From Camelus dromedarius (taxonomy: Eukaryota), in contig NC_087437.1 in assembly GCF_036321535.1 (NCBI RefSeq), forward strand, positions 24,864,001-24,928,000: 64,000 nt of DNA, written 5' to 3'. The position numbers and the translations under genes are program-made. The notes beneath the pieces are model-generated. The model ran no database searches and was not told the DNA's origin. It saw nothing but the letters and a program-made list of their open reading frames with translations. Shown here piece by piece: positions 26,310 through 38,444 of this stretch. Positions within the stretch are counted from its first letter, which is position 1. The number at the start of each line of letters is the position of its first letter.

Positions 26310-26441
26310 ATTTTGTGGTATTTCTAATTGACAATGCTCTCTTCACATTCATGGTATGTTTTTGTCTCCACAATAATTCTGTGAGATAATGAGTTATATT
26401 CTGTATCTTCATTTTATAGGAAAAAAAATGAGGCTTTGGGA
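26310..26441 (-). mobile_element. MIR fragment interrupted by an MLT1
   Basis: CTTCATTTTATAGGAAAAAAAATGAGGCTT is the antisense MIR core. Confidence 0.55.
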
Positions 26442-26952
26442 GTTTATTAGTTTTCTATGACAGCTGTAACAAATTACCACAGAAATAGTGACTTAACACA
26501 GCACAAATTTGTTATTTTAGAGTTCTGTAGTTCAGAAGTTCATTGCCATTGGCTTAAAATCAAGGTATCAGCAGAGCTGCATTCTTTTCCTGGAGGCTCT
26601 CTAGGAAAATCCATCTCCTTGCCTTTTCCAGCTTCTAAGGGACAGCACACGTCCTCTCACTTGTGGAAACTCCATCTTCAAAATCAACAGTACTGGGTCA
26701 AGTCCTTCTCACATTGCCATCTCTCTGGGTCTGTTTTCTGATTCCTTCTTCTGCTTTTAAAGACCCTGGTGATTACACTGCACCCACCTGGATAATCCAG
26801 GATAATCTTCCCTATTTTAAGGTCATCTGATTAGCAAGTAATTCTGCTTGCAACCTTAATTCTCCTGTGCCATGTATCCTAATACACCCATAAATTCCAA
26901 GGATTATGACATAGACATCTTTGAGGGAGAGGGGCCTTATCCTGCCCACCCC
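26442..26952 (-). mobile_element. MaLR solo LTR (MLT1C/D-like)
   Basis: GCTGTAACAAATTACCACA...GGCTTAAAATCAAGGTATCAGCAGAGCTGCATTC...CCCACCTGGATAATCCAGGATAATCT. Confidence 0.9.
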
Positions 26953-27645
26953 AGGGAGGATAAGCTTGTTTACCAAGCTAAGAAAGGCGACGTCTGGACT
27001 CAGCTCTGGCCCTCTGACTCCTTTGTTCTTCAGGGCAGATTGTCTTTGCTCTTGAAAGTCTTCCCATGAAAGAAGGGTTGGTGGTAGAGAGATTGGGCAC
27101 ATGAAATCTTGAGCCTATTATGAGGGATCTGGGGCCTTTCAGGAGAAGGTTTTAAGCTGGAGTAAGAGTTATTTGATTGCACCCTTCCTTTTTTCCTATG
27201 CCTAACATTTTTGTCTTTACTAATCTGTACCCTTCATCTTCCCTTTGTTTCCTTAAATCATCATGATATGGAGATGGCATATAACTGAAATGTTGGGTTA
27301 TGTTTTTATTTTTAAATGCATTTTTACAAGACCTGTTGTCTATTTACACTTGTTTTTTTAAATTTTAAAAAAAATCTAAAACAAATTATGTTCTAATTCT
27401 GTAACCCAATGTCTGTGTCAGACACATAAACTTTTATTTGAAGTAAGTAAAATGATTTTTGCTTCTGTGAGAGGGTGATTTTTGATAGGAAAAAGACCCA
27501 ACTGCTTGTTTATTTCCTCCTTTTATTTGATACAACTGTTTTAGAAATGGGAAATAGAACCCATTAAACTAAACTATTTGGCATGTTTCTACCTAGTCAA
27601 TTAATTATATAGTTAGACGGATTCTGGGGACACAAGACACAGAAG

Positions 27646-27784
27646 TTTTTTTTCAATTTTTTTTTATGGGAGAGGTAATTAGGTTCATCTATTTATTTAT
27701 TACTTTTGGTGGATGCACCTGGGATTGAACCTGGGACCTCGTGTATGCTAGGCATGCACTCTACCACTGAGCTATACCTTCCCC
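27646..27784 (-). mobile_element. Young tRNA-derived SINE (camelid-type)
   Basis: Minus strand GGGGAAGGTATAGCTCAGTGGTAGAGTGCATGCCTAGCATACACGAGGTCCCAGGTTCAATCCC with A and B boxes, CCTAATTACCTC tail and A-rich end. Confidence 0.9.
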
Positions 27785-27884
27785 TGGACATGTAAGTTTT
27801 GATAAGGGTTAAAGAGGTATGGAAGGGGAGAGGAGAGAGGACCGTGACAGCAGTGAGGATTCTGAGGAGAAAAGACAAGTATTT

Positions 27885-28050
27885 GTGTCAGTGGATAACT
27901 TGGGAAAACTAATCTCTCTGTACCACGATTGCCTCATCTAAAGGTGTGGATTGTGATAGTATCCTACCTTAGGCGTTGTGGAAAATATTGGGTTAATTTA
28001 TGTGAAGTACTTAGAGCATTGCTTAGAGTTTTACATGTATTACATTTACT
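27885..28050 (+). mobile_element. MIR SINE
   Basis: ACTTGGGAAAACTAATCTCTCTGTACC...CCTCATCTAAA...ATAGTATCCTACCTTAGG...TATGTGAAGTACTTAGAGCA. Confidence 0.75.
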
Positions 28051-31000
28051 TATTTTAATATGCACAACTATTATCAATATTTCTGTTATTTTTATTTGGA
28101 AGGTAGCCCTGGAAGAAAAATAAAAGTGTGAAAAGGACTAGAAGAAAAATCACATTTGGCCTAATCCACAGCTTTCTTTATGGTTGAGCCTTTTTAGACA
28201 GTTAAAGTCTTGAGATTTCTGTATCTCTGTGAACTGAGAGGAACTCCTTCTAAATGTTTCCTACTTTCTGTAAAGGAATATGCTAATAAATATACAGCTT
28301 TCCACTTACCCTACAGTATAAATGCTTCTGCCTGAACCCCAAATGTCCTGGAATCACTATGTTTTTCTGCTTGTAACTTTGGATGCCAAGTAGATCCATC
28401 CAGAGGGGGACTCTTTCTGCCTTTGTGTCCTCACCACCTACCCTCTTCTCGGCCTCCACAATCCAGCTTTAGCTCCTACCAGACCGGTCTCGGTCCTTTG
28501 ATCACCATCAGACCCTTCACAAAAAGTTACTACACTCAGAAATATTGACAGAATAGAGGCACGTTCTGGAATCCACAAAAACTTCGGGTAAACCTCCCCA
28601 AGTTGCTTAACCCAGCTGGACCTCCGTCCCCTTATCTCCACAGTGGGAACAGGCAAGGATAAAAATTAGTCAACACAGTACCTGTCACATGGTCTCTGTC
28701 AGTGAGCGCTTTTTATAGTATAGGCCATTCTCTGTGTATTTCAAAATAACCGTATGACAAAAAGTGTGAAAAAAATATTAATTTCATTTGGTACACCAAA
28801 TTTGGAAAATAGTCAAAAATTGTGCAGTTTTAAAGGAGCAGGTGGAGTTCATGATAAACTGTTTCTGTGCTATTGCCACGTGGCAGCGTCACGTTCTGCC
28901 AAACAGAAATGCAAAATAGGCAATACCATTTGTCATGCTCTACAAATATCAGAAATTAATAATTTTGATAAGGACTGTAGGTATTCACTTTTGAATTGTC
29001 GATATTAAATTTTATTTTAAGAGTATAGCAATGTTGTTCAAGTTTTCCTTAAGCTGTGATAACACTGTTGCTGAAAATATGAAAAACTTTGGAAAGATAT
29101 TTAAATGGGACAAAAAACACTTGGAAGAGGATCCGGAATCACCGTGATGCCCTGTGCTATTAATTTAGGAGAGGATCCTTGGAGTAGTTTTAGAAAAAGT
29201 GTTGAGAAAAATAAGGTACTTTTTGATTCACATCCTTCTTATAACTGGGCAAATATAATTTAAAAAAAAAAGGATTGTGAGGCATGACACGGTGGCGAGA
29301 TAAAAAACAAGGTCAAGTGCCACTAAGCCACAGTGACTGGAGGTTTATGCATATCAGAAACACACCCTTTACACTCATTCCTCTGGGAAAATTCATCTTA
29401 AATCATGTGTGATTTGAATTATGTGAGATCTTCAAGAACACATCTCTCTCATAATATGAGACCACCCTGCATCTTTAAGTTCAAGTCCCGCTTAGGTCAC
29501 CGTGTGCTGGTGGAGTGTTTAAACAATTTGTTTAAATAAATACTCCTTGTAAAGCTTGTATATATAAATGGATGGCTTATTTTTTAAAAATACCTCTGAT
29601 ATGTCTTTCTGTGTGAACAGAGAGAAATCTATCCTGCAGTGAAGGTGCACATTTCCCCCTCTGCAAGCTCAGGGATGATCTTTGGCTCTGTTCTCCATGT
29701 TGAGCTGCAGAAAATTCCCTTACCTGCCAATCGTTTGTCTGGCTTGTGTTAGAGATGCTGTGTTGGCAGAGTGCAACACCTTGTCTGATACTCCGCAGTC
29801 TCGATGGTCAGCTCAGCCATCTTGTGAGACCAGGGACCCTTCTTGTTTTCAAAGAGAACCTACTAGAGACTCTTCCTGCACCCATCAATTCTCCATGCCC
29901 TTGTCCCTTGGATCTCTCCACCAGAGGTAGCAAACTCTGCATACTGCTTCCCAGAGACATCAGGGATGGTAAAATGTGTCCATGACGTTGTCATCTGCTT
30001 GAAAGCCCTTTGTGGTCCTTCCTCAGCACTGTGTGGCTGCTCTGGGGGTCTCCTCTGCTCATGGTCCCCAAGGTTAGCAGGGGTTGTTGAGAGCTCTTGG
30101 GAGAGCTGAACAGGGCACCCGCCTGAAGTCATAGAGCTCACTGAAGCCTGTATATGGACAGTTTATTCTCTCAGTATATTTATTGCTGAAGTCATTTCTC
30201 TGCTTTTTTTGTGAATTACATTGCAACAATGAGACAATAACAAACAACATAAAACAAATAAGAAAAAAAAAAAAACACCCAGATAGTTTGAACTGTAATT
30301 TGTTCTCACTTTGAAAATGAGCTACTGCAATTCTTGAAAAGATGGAAATGATGAATATTCCGACTGGAAGCTATTTCTGCCAAATGACACAGATATAACA
30401 TTTAAGAAAGGTTTTCTCCTATTGCTCAGTATATATGCCGACTGTGTATTTTCTATACTCTAGGCTGCCAATCTAACCATTTAAATAAACACTGCTCGGA
30501 GAGCTTATATGAATAAGAGCTTTATTGTCTAAGCTACTCATTTTATGAAGTCCACCTCTTTCTCAAGGCTAACTTCAAATATACACCTTCTCTCCTGCCA
30601 CCAGGATTGTGAACCACATTTATAGACATAAAAATATAATACAGGTTTTTTGTTTAATTGTACATTTTAGTTTATTACATCTATTTGAATCTACAATAGG
30701 CAAATTAGTGAAAACTACAGAAATGTGAAAAATCATTTTTATACCTAATTCTTACGTGCACTCTTGGAATTATATTCATCCTCCTTATAACCAGCAAGAA
30801 GCTATTTAGCCCTAACAATGCACAGAATAGTTTCTTTGAGTTGGGAGAAATAAGTTACTAACTTTTTAACTATAAAACTTTTAAGTGGACATCAAATTAT
30901 GGTAACAACAGTTTAATAAGGATAATAAGGACTTATTACCATGAGTGATACTTAAATATGTAGTAAATCTTAGGGACATGGGCGCCAATAGAACAGGAAA

Positions 31001-32029
31001 GGTATTGATCAATTGGAATTGCCCCTTTTAATAACTGTGATGGCAGCTCTGAGACAGCCCTGTTAGTGGCTCCTGATTGTGATTTATGTGGCTTCTTTTT
31101 TTTTTCTAGAGAAGAAGCATAGAAAGAAAGAGGGTGGTGGACAGCTTTTGCTTTTCCATCTACTCTCTGTACGAAAAACTTCTTGGTCATAGGTTAGCGC
31201 CTGCAATGCAACTAAGAAGATTTCTAAAGAAAATCAACTTGAAATGAATTCAACCAAGACGTGTTTGCTGAATATATGAATTTGTTCAAATTCTTCCCGT
31301 GGTTGAGATACAGTTATTAAGTTATTGTGCTGGTCAGAACACAGTGACTCACAAGAACCAGCTTGAAACATGCAAAACTGCAGCAAGAAAGCATTATCTG
31401 TGGAAATTTAGATTGTGGCAGCCAGATACACTAGCTTGCGACCCACTACCTGAGTGAGTAGCCCATTTTTCTCCCTAAGGAGAAAATAACCACGTTGATC
31501 ATCTACAGTTGGCCAGGTGCGGCCAGGAGGCACTTTACAGACCTTCCACCAGAGCCGCATCTTCTGCAGATTTAGGTTCTTAAGTTACCTCGCGGAGTCA
31601 GATTCATTAATATCAGAATGAGTCCTGAAAATCTCTTATGATGACATCACCTTGGAGACTGAAATTCCATCTCTTAACAAATTCAGCATCAGTGTTTTTT
31701 TCCATCAATTTTGGGACAGATTGTTCTTTCTTGCTTTGATTCACAAAGGAAATAGCTTGTATTTAAAGAGAAATGCTCATCATAAAACAGTTAGGAAAAC
31801 CTTAAAATGACAAGATGCTTCCACCACAAGAGATGCAAAGGACCTGAGAGCAACTGAAGAAGGCATGGATTCACATCTCTCGGCTGATGCTCACTCGCAG
31901 TGCGGCCTAAATTCTTTAAACTTCAAAATGGGTGGAATCTCTTACATTTTAAAAAGTGCTAATTCTCTTTCTTTCTCTACCTTGCTCTTGAAGCCCAAGT
32001 GTGTAAAGTTGAATTTGCTTTACCACTAG

Positions 32030-32215
32030 TTGAATGTGTCTAGCATCTTACTCTGCTGTATCCATGATATTTGCAACAGCCCTGCAAGGTAGGGCCATCA
32101 TTCTCATTTAAAAGATAACACACTCTGAAGACATTATGTCTCCACAGGGACATGCAGTCCTCGGGGTGGTGCTCTGGTACTACTATATTGTTCACAGAAG
32201 CTCCATTGGGCCCCT
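32030..32215 (-). mobile_element. MIR SINE
   Basis: CAACAGCCCTGCAAGGTAGGGCCATCATTCTCATTTAAAAGATAA is the antisense MIR core. Confidence 0.6.
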
Positions 32216-32481
32216 TCCAAATCTGGAAAGACTCATCTTCAGACATCCTGCCCTCAGAAGTCCATTTATGGACTGGAAATCTGCCGAGACTCTAGCTGAC
32301 CTATGGAGGCATAGGGTCCTCATCTCGTTTCTAGACCCACGGTCTGAAAAAAAAAAAAAAAAAAGCTAGGTTTCAAATAATTCAGGCTCAGAACAATTGT
32401 ATACATTTGAAATAAAACTTTAATATAAAAATCCTAGCTCTTAAAATTCTATCTGCTGTTATTTCTCAGTGTTATCAGCCA

Positions 32482-32559
32482 TTAGGCTGAACCAAAAAAA
32501 TTGCCATTTTTGTGGGTGAAAAATGTCAATTATAAGCAATTTCATGAGGTTCAACGTAA
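32482..32559. mobile_element. MADE2 mariner-derived MITE
   Basis: About 78-bp near-palindrome TTAGGCTGAACC...AAATTGCC...GCAATTTCATGAGGTTCAACGTAA. Confidence 0.8.
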
Positions 32560-33324
32560 ATTTATCATCATGACTTTTATAGTAGAAAAAGGCTTTGAAA
32601 CAATGTAAAATGTTTTCTGGTCACCCTATAAAATATAGCCTTCTGGTGACTATTCTGTCAACATGAGTTTTTGGGGTTTTTTTGTTTTTTTTTTTTCACT
32701 TTTCTCTTTCTCTTCATAGCAATGATCAGAATCTGGGAGTTGCCTTGTCTTTTTTTTTTTTTTTTTTCTTGCTTGTTTTCCTTCTGTCTCTACCCTCCCT
32801 GCCCCTCACCAGGCGAATTTACTCTCATCACCCAAAAAAGTACCTGGAACATAAAAAGCACACAATGAATATTTGTTGAGTGAAACAAGCTTGATAATTT
32901 GAAAATGTCTGCATAACATGTTGAATTATTAGATAGATTTTCTATTTGGAGTGTTGCTATAAAACATATATATATTTCCAGTTCCCCAACGACCCTTTGA
33001 AAAAGATAAATTAATTCATGTCATTAGTGATAGTGTATTGCCTGTGGCATGACTTGTCAAGGTTACAAGAGACTAATGATTGAATAATGAGAGTTTATTT
33101 ATCATACAACCATTTTTTTTGCCACTGAACTGAAGTATAAATAATGGTATATCAGTATTTGCATTATAAATACTGTTTTAGGGTTTGTTATTAGTTCATA
33201 AAAATTGTCCCTAGGCTGAAACAGCTAGTGAGTAAACATGGCATATACCACATATAATATATGAAAATGAGCGTGTAGTGGTCCTTTGTTCAGCAAAGAC
33301 CAAGCATTGCATACAAATTACTTT

Positions 33325-33484
33325 TCAAAATATTTTATTTTATTTATTTATTTTGTTTTGTTTTCGGGGGAGGTAATTAGATTTATTTATTTACTTATTT
33401 ATTTTAATGGAGGCACTGGGGATTGAACCCAGGACCTCGTGCATGCTAAGCACAATCTACCACTGGACTGTACTCTCCTCACCT
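33325..33484 (-). mobile_element. Young tRNA-derived SINE (camelid-type) with target-site duplication
   Basis: GGGGAGGTAATTAG...GGGGATTGAACCCAGGACCTCGTGCATGCTAAGC; TSD GCATACAAATTACTTT (33309-33324) vs GCAAACAAATGACTTT (33485-33500), 14/16. Confidence 0.92.
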
Positions 33485-34274
33485 GCAAACAAATGACTTT
33501 CATGCGATGAGAGTGAAAGGGTTGAGGAACCCCAATTTCTTGGTGACACTCAGCATTTTGGAAAAGTGATAGGATGAAAATAATCTTGAGGAGGTAAATT
33601 GTGTTCCAATACAGAAAGGTGAAGTTCTCCTAGACTTTTCATTCAGAAGAGAAAAATTAGATTCCTCAGATCATGTGAAGGGGCAAGACTGGTTCAATAA
33701 CTGTGGCCAGAAAACTGAGGGGACCACGAAGAGTTGCCAAGTAACACAGCTCTGGTTGCTGGTATCCGAGCACCCTTGACACAGAAGAGTGATAGCCCCT
33801 CTCACAGCAGAAGAGACTGGTTTTCGTGAACCTGCTGTATAAGTCATTACTTGGGGGGGAAATACAATTTGGCTACAAAAATCTCTCCCGTGTCCAAAAC
33901 ACTGATTTCTCCAAACATAGTATTATGGTTAATTGAGAATTCTCAACACCCCTTCCTCTCCTCCATCCTCAGACATTGGAGGTCCCAACCGAGTGACGTC
34001 TCCGATGGGACTAGTGTAGTTGAAGACGTCACCACTGGAGAACGACTTAGAGAGCAGCCTGGAGGTGGAAGGCATTCTGGAGCGTCTGGTTTCTGGTAGC
34101 TAATGGGAGGCAGGTTTGCAATCAGCCAGCAGCAGGAAACGCCTGTGACCTGTTTTGGAATCAATATCGTTAAAAGTTATTATACTAATGACTCACCTAA
34201 AATATCTTAAATTTCCTCTGAAGTGACCATCTGTTTTGCTACTTCAGGGGGCTTTATACATGTTGTTTTATCTC

Positions 34275-34682
34275 CCTAGAATGTTCTTCTCTTGGTGAAT
34301 GCCTACTTACCCATTCAGGATTCTGTTCATGTATCATTTTCTCAGGAAAACCTTTCTTACCACTGACCCCCCAACCTCCATCCTGATAGCCACAGTCATA
34401 CACACACACACGCACACACACACACACATACATACACACACACGCACACACACACACATACATACACACACACGCACACACGCACACACGCACACACACA
34501 CAGGTCTTCCTATCACACATTCTCAGAGCCCCTTCCACCTTTCCTCCATAGCACCTAAATGTGTGTGAGATCATTAGCTCCATAAGGGCCGGCGTGTTTT
34601 TTTCAGTTTTTTGCTGTGACCCCGGAATCTAGCTGAGTACCTGGCACACAGTGGATGCTCAGTAAATATTCCTGAGTGCTTG
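34275..34682 (+). mobile_element. L2 fragment containing a (CA)n microsatellite
   Basis: CCCTAGAATGTTCTTCT...TCAGGAAAACCTTTCTTACC...TACCTGGCACACAGTGGATGCTCAGTAAATATT. Confidence 0.75.
34398..34502. repeat. Compound (CA)n microsatellite with a higher-order unit of about 30 bp
   Basis: CATACACACACACGCACACACACACACATA occurs twice, followed by a degenerate third copy. Confidence 0.92.
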
Positions 34683-34934
34683 ACTTTTTGAAGTTGTTTT
34701 TGTTCTGTTCCTCTGTGTTTTTCTTTGAACTAAAGTTTACAATAGATACAGACTGTACATTCTTTGTGGGGCTGCCTTGTTCTGTTTCTAGCCTGAACTC
34801 TACACTCCTGCTGGACCAACCATTTGTCATCCCCTGATGATCACTCAGTGGCTGCCAACTGCAGCTGCTGCTTTGGGATTGGCTCTCCTAGAAGATTCAC
34901 GGCTGAGGCGAGTTTCTTCAGTGTCTAAGGTTTG

Positions 34935-35130
34935 GTTCTATTCAATGAGCATTTATTGAGCATCTGTAATTCACCATGCACTTAGATATAACAATGAAAA
35001 AGATTGGTTTTGCTTTTGAGGATCTTTGAGTCATGAGATGGGAAGAGAAACATATGGATAGATCGACGCCGTGATGTGTGCCAGGTGTCACAGTCAAGGT
35101 GCTGTATGATTTAGCTATACTGAGAGAAAG
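34935..35130 (-). mobile_element. L2 3' fragment
   Basis: TTCAATGAGCATTTATTGAGCATCTG...TTTTGCTTTTGAGGATCTT. Confidence 0.6.
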
Positions 35131-36099
35131 GGGCTTATGCATCGCCCATAACTTGCTGACATACCAGGTTCCCTGGTACTTGTATATTCAGTGATTCTTA
35201 CTGAATCATGGGAATATCACATAGTGATACAAGTTCTTAAATATGCACATAAAATAAATCTGCTGGGAAACAAACTGCATAGATTTCATTCTTAGTCTGC
35301 GTTCTTTTTAAATGCAGTGTTCTGGGTTCTAATCTCTCACCAGAGCTATTGCTTCAGTAGTTTTCTTTTTAATCAGTGTTCAGGTATTTCTGATGCTGCA
35401 GGGCCACAGATCCGGCCCTTTTTAGGACTGTGAACAAACAGCACATGAACTTGTTTGGGTTCTAGAAACTATCTTCTGCCTCACCACAACCTTCTCTTTC
35501 ACCCTTTTCTCACTAGTGTACGGGTGATTTTTCATAGAAATCATTCTCATTTTGAAGATATTCTCACATTAAACAACAGAAGGAAATAATTATATTTGGT
35601 GGAAGATTGAGCTTCCGAATAAAGATCTCTTTCACTCTGTTATTGCAGGAGAAGGAGGGCAGACGCAGCTCTGGGGCCAGTGCATTGCCTGCTGCTGCCT
35701 CACTTGTAAATAACCAGCCTCTTGAAAATCCTCACACACAGTGGAGTGGAATTGTTCATGGAAATCCTTGGAAATAGTGACCACCGGTTTTTAGGCATTT
35801 ATACCAGGATAAAACATCCCATGGTGAGAATCTGTCATTTCCTTAGGTACCTTTTAGTCCTGAGAAGCCTTCTGCTAGGACCCCAGTTGGATCTGATCTT
35901 TTATTCTTTGGGGCTTTATTTATTTTGGGCACATCCTCATATCTATTGTACTTGCAGAATTCTTTCTTGAAATACATTCTATTGGAAAATGGAATCTGAG
36001 CTCTGAAAGGGACCTCATCTCTGCAAATAGGGGGCGAAATCAAGTTAGCAGTGCAAGCTAGAAACCGTAAGTCCCGCCTGCCCTCCCCGCACCAAGTGA

Positions 36100-36325
36100 T
36101 CACTAACATTTGTAGAGCTCACCAACCATGCAAAATGCGTCGTTCACACCGCAGTTCATTTAATTCTCGCACCTTCCCCATGAGGTAGTTATTCATAACT
36201 CTATTTTACAGGTAAGCAAATAGGGTTCAGGAGAAGTCAAATGACTGGCCAAAGATCACAGAGCAGGCAGGGGGAAACAGCCATCAAAAGGGGGCCCCTT
36301 GCCTTCAAATTTCATGATCTTCATG
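36100..36325 (-). mobile_element. MIR SINE
   Basis: CTAACATTTGTAGAGCTCAC...TCATTTAATTCTCGCA...CTATTTTACAGGTAAGCAAATAGGGTTCAGGAGAAGTCAAATGACTGGCCAAAGATCACAGAGC. Confidence 0.8.
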
Positions 36326-37720
36326 TACCTTCTTCCTGCACGATGTCATCCTTGTGGGCTGTGCGGGTTTCCTCCAGGCCAATAATTTTATTCATCTTTA
36401 CACCCATACCCCCAGTGGCCCTTCGGCCTGGCATAAGTGGACTTTCATGTGTACATTTCTTGGTTAGATTGAATTTGTTCTTTGGGTAAGAACTTATTTA
36501 GTAGTTATTCAATTTTCCTTAAAAAGAGATAAGTGTTTTACATTACAAACGTATTTTCAACATCCAGAAAGAAGCAAAAAAAAAAAAAAAAAAAACCCAA
36601 CAAGCAAAATAACAAACACAAATCAGCGTTTCCTCTAAAATGAATGCAATGACATTTAAGCTTCAATTACACTTCTCGCCGCCCTGCGCAGAGCCACACC
36701 AGGGCCCAAGGCTTCTTGCTGATTGAGAGCACATTTTGAGTTTCCCCCATTGTTCCTGGCAACCTTGCTCCTGTGTAGCAAGCAGGATATTCAACTTGAC
36801 AAGGCTCTTTCTTTCTGGATCAGGGAAGGAGCAAGGTTCTTGTCAGTTTGAATCATGAGCCCACACTTGGCAGAGCCGAGTGGACAGGCACAGTGGGGGA
36901 AGGTGCCATGTGCACGCCATCCGTGCGCCCATCACGGGGGCCTCTCTCCCCGTCTCCCAAAGAACTCAACTGGCCTCAAGCTCCCCTGCTCCGGGAGGAC
37001 CTCTTTCCTCTTTGGCTGGCTCATTTGCTTCTGACACTAAATCTCCTCGTTATCCAGCTTCTAAAATCTTACTTTAAGGCTTCATCTCTCTACCAGTCTC
37101 TTTCTTCAGAGCCGCAGCTGAGACTATCCCATTTTGCAGTCCTCAATGTTTTAATGTTTTAAAACACATTTCTAAGGATGAGAATGCCTTTTTTTTCGAA
37201 GTCCACATCAAAAGGCTTTTAGAAGTCATCAAAGAAAACCAACAACCTTGTCTATGCAGCCTTAAAAAAGAGTTTGTCTTTATTATTATTTAAAAAAACC
37301 CTCAGCTTTAAAAGAATGACAAATAGAATTAATAAAAGATGAAATCTGGACAGTCTGGTTATGTAATGAAGAAAACAGAAGTGTCTTATTATTTCATACT
37401 TTTATCCCTAGGAGTTCACACTTTAGTTGTATTTGTTTTAAGAGGAAAAATGAACAAAATTTTACTGGTTAAGGATCCTAGCATATGTCTGAAAAGTAAG
37501 TAATCTGGCCCCATTTCTCTTCTCATAGACATTGAGGACAATATTTTTGATTACTATATGAATGTAGAGTTTTATCCTTTGCTGTTTCTGTTTTTAAATC
37601 ATAAAATAGCAGTAAAACTTCCTTGGAATACATATAGTTTTTCTTTAAAATATTTTTATGGCAGTGGAACCCATCACTAGCTGTCTGTGATTTAACTGTA
37701 GAATTTTGTGATGCTAACCT

Positions 37721-38444
37721 TCAAGGTGGAAAAAAATTTTCATCTGCTCGTCTAGGATCTTCTGGTTGGTCTAAGAATTAAATGGACATGAGACAGATTA
37801 GCAGGAGAACATCAAATTTAATTTCGTGTGTACAGGAATCCCATGTTACACGAGAGGCTCAAAGGCAGAAAGGAAAAATGAGGTGTACACGGCGTCCTGA
37901 GCGAAGGAGAGGGATGGAGTCGGGGTTTCCAAGCACAGCAAGGTCACTCACAGGATAAGAAGAATGGATGCTGAGTAATTAGCTGTTGGCTCTGGGTGTA
38001 GTTCAGCGGTAGAGCACATGCTTAGCATACACAAGGTCCTGGGTTTGATCCCCAGTACCTCCTCTAAAAATAAAATAAATAAGTAAACCTAATTACCTCC
38101 CCCCAAAACAAAAATTTTTTTAAAAAGGGTCTCTGAGATCAAATTTATCTCTGGTAAGAATTCCCGTTCTGGGAAAGACCTCCAGTTCTTTGAGGAGAAG
38201 GTGAAAGTTTCTCTTGAACCAGCAGGGTCCTGATTGCCTTCAGCTCTAAATTATCCACATGCCAAAGTGACACGTTTTGGGGAGGCCCGTTCAGAACCCC
38301 TTTATGACTTTCCAGTCCAAGATGTGTCACTTTGGCATGTGGATTATTCTGAGCTGAAGGTAATCAAAACCCTACTGGCTCAAAGGAACTTCTACCTCTC
38401 CCTTAAAGAATTTAAATTGGGGAGGCCCGTTCTGAACCCCTTCA
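37721..38444 (-). mobile_element. ERV1-type solo LTR (MER34/MER39-like) with rearranged 5' end and nested SINE
   Basis: Minus strand has (T)AAAGGGGTTCTGAACGGGCCTCCCCAAAACGTGTCACTTTGGCATGTGGATAATTTAGAGCTGAAGGCAAT, resembling the MER34-type LTR start. Confidence 0.7.
37988..38127 (+). mobile_element. Young tRNA-derived SINE nested in the LTR
   Basis: GGGTGTAGTTCAGCGGTAGAGCACATGCTTAGCATACACAAGGTCCTGGGTTTGATCCCCAGTACCTCC...AAACCTAATTACCTCCCCCC. Confidence 0.92.

Noticed and set aside
27715..27784. Functional tRNA gene (also at 33420, 37990, 53022, 55575)
   Set aside because: A and B boxes are present but followed by a SINE body and AT-rich tail, with no proper acceptor stem
34254..34583. CV-rich and HT-rich ORFs
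   Set aside because: Translation of a (CA)n microsatellite; the same applies to 501-707, 51959-52171 and 61184-61387
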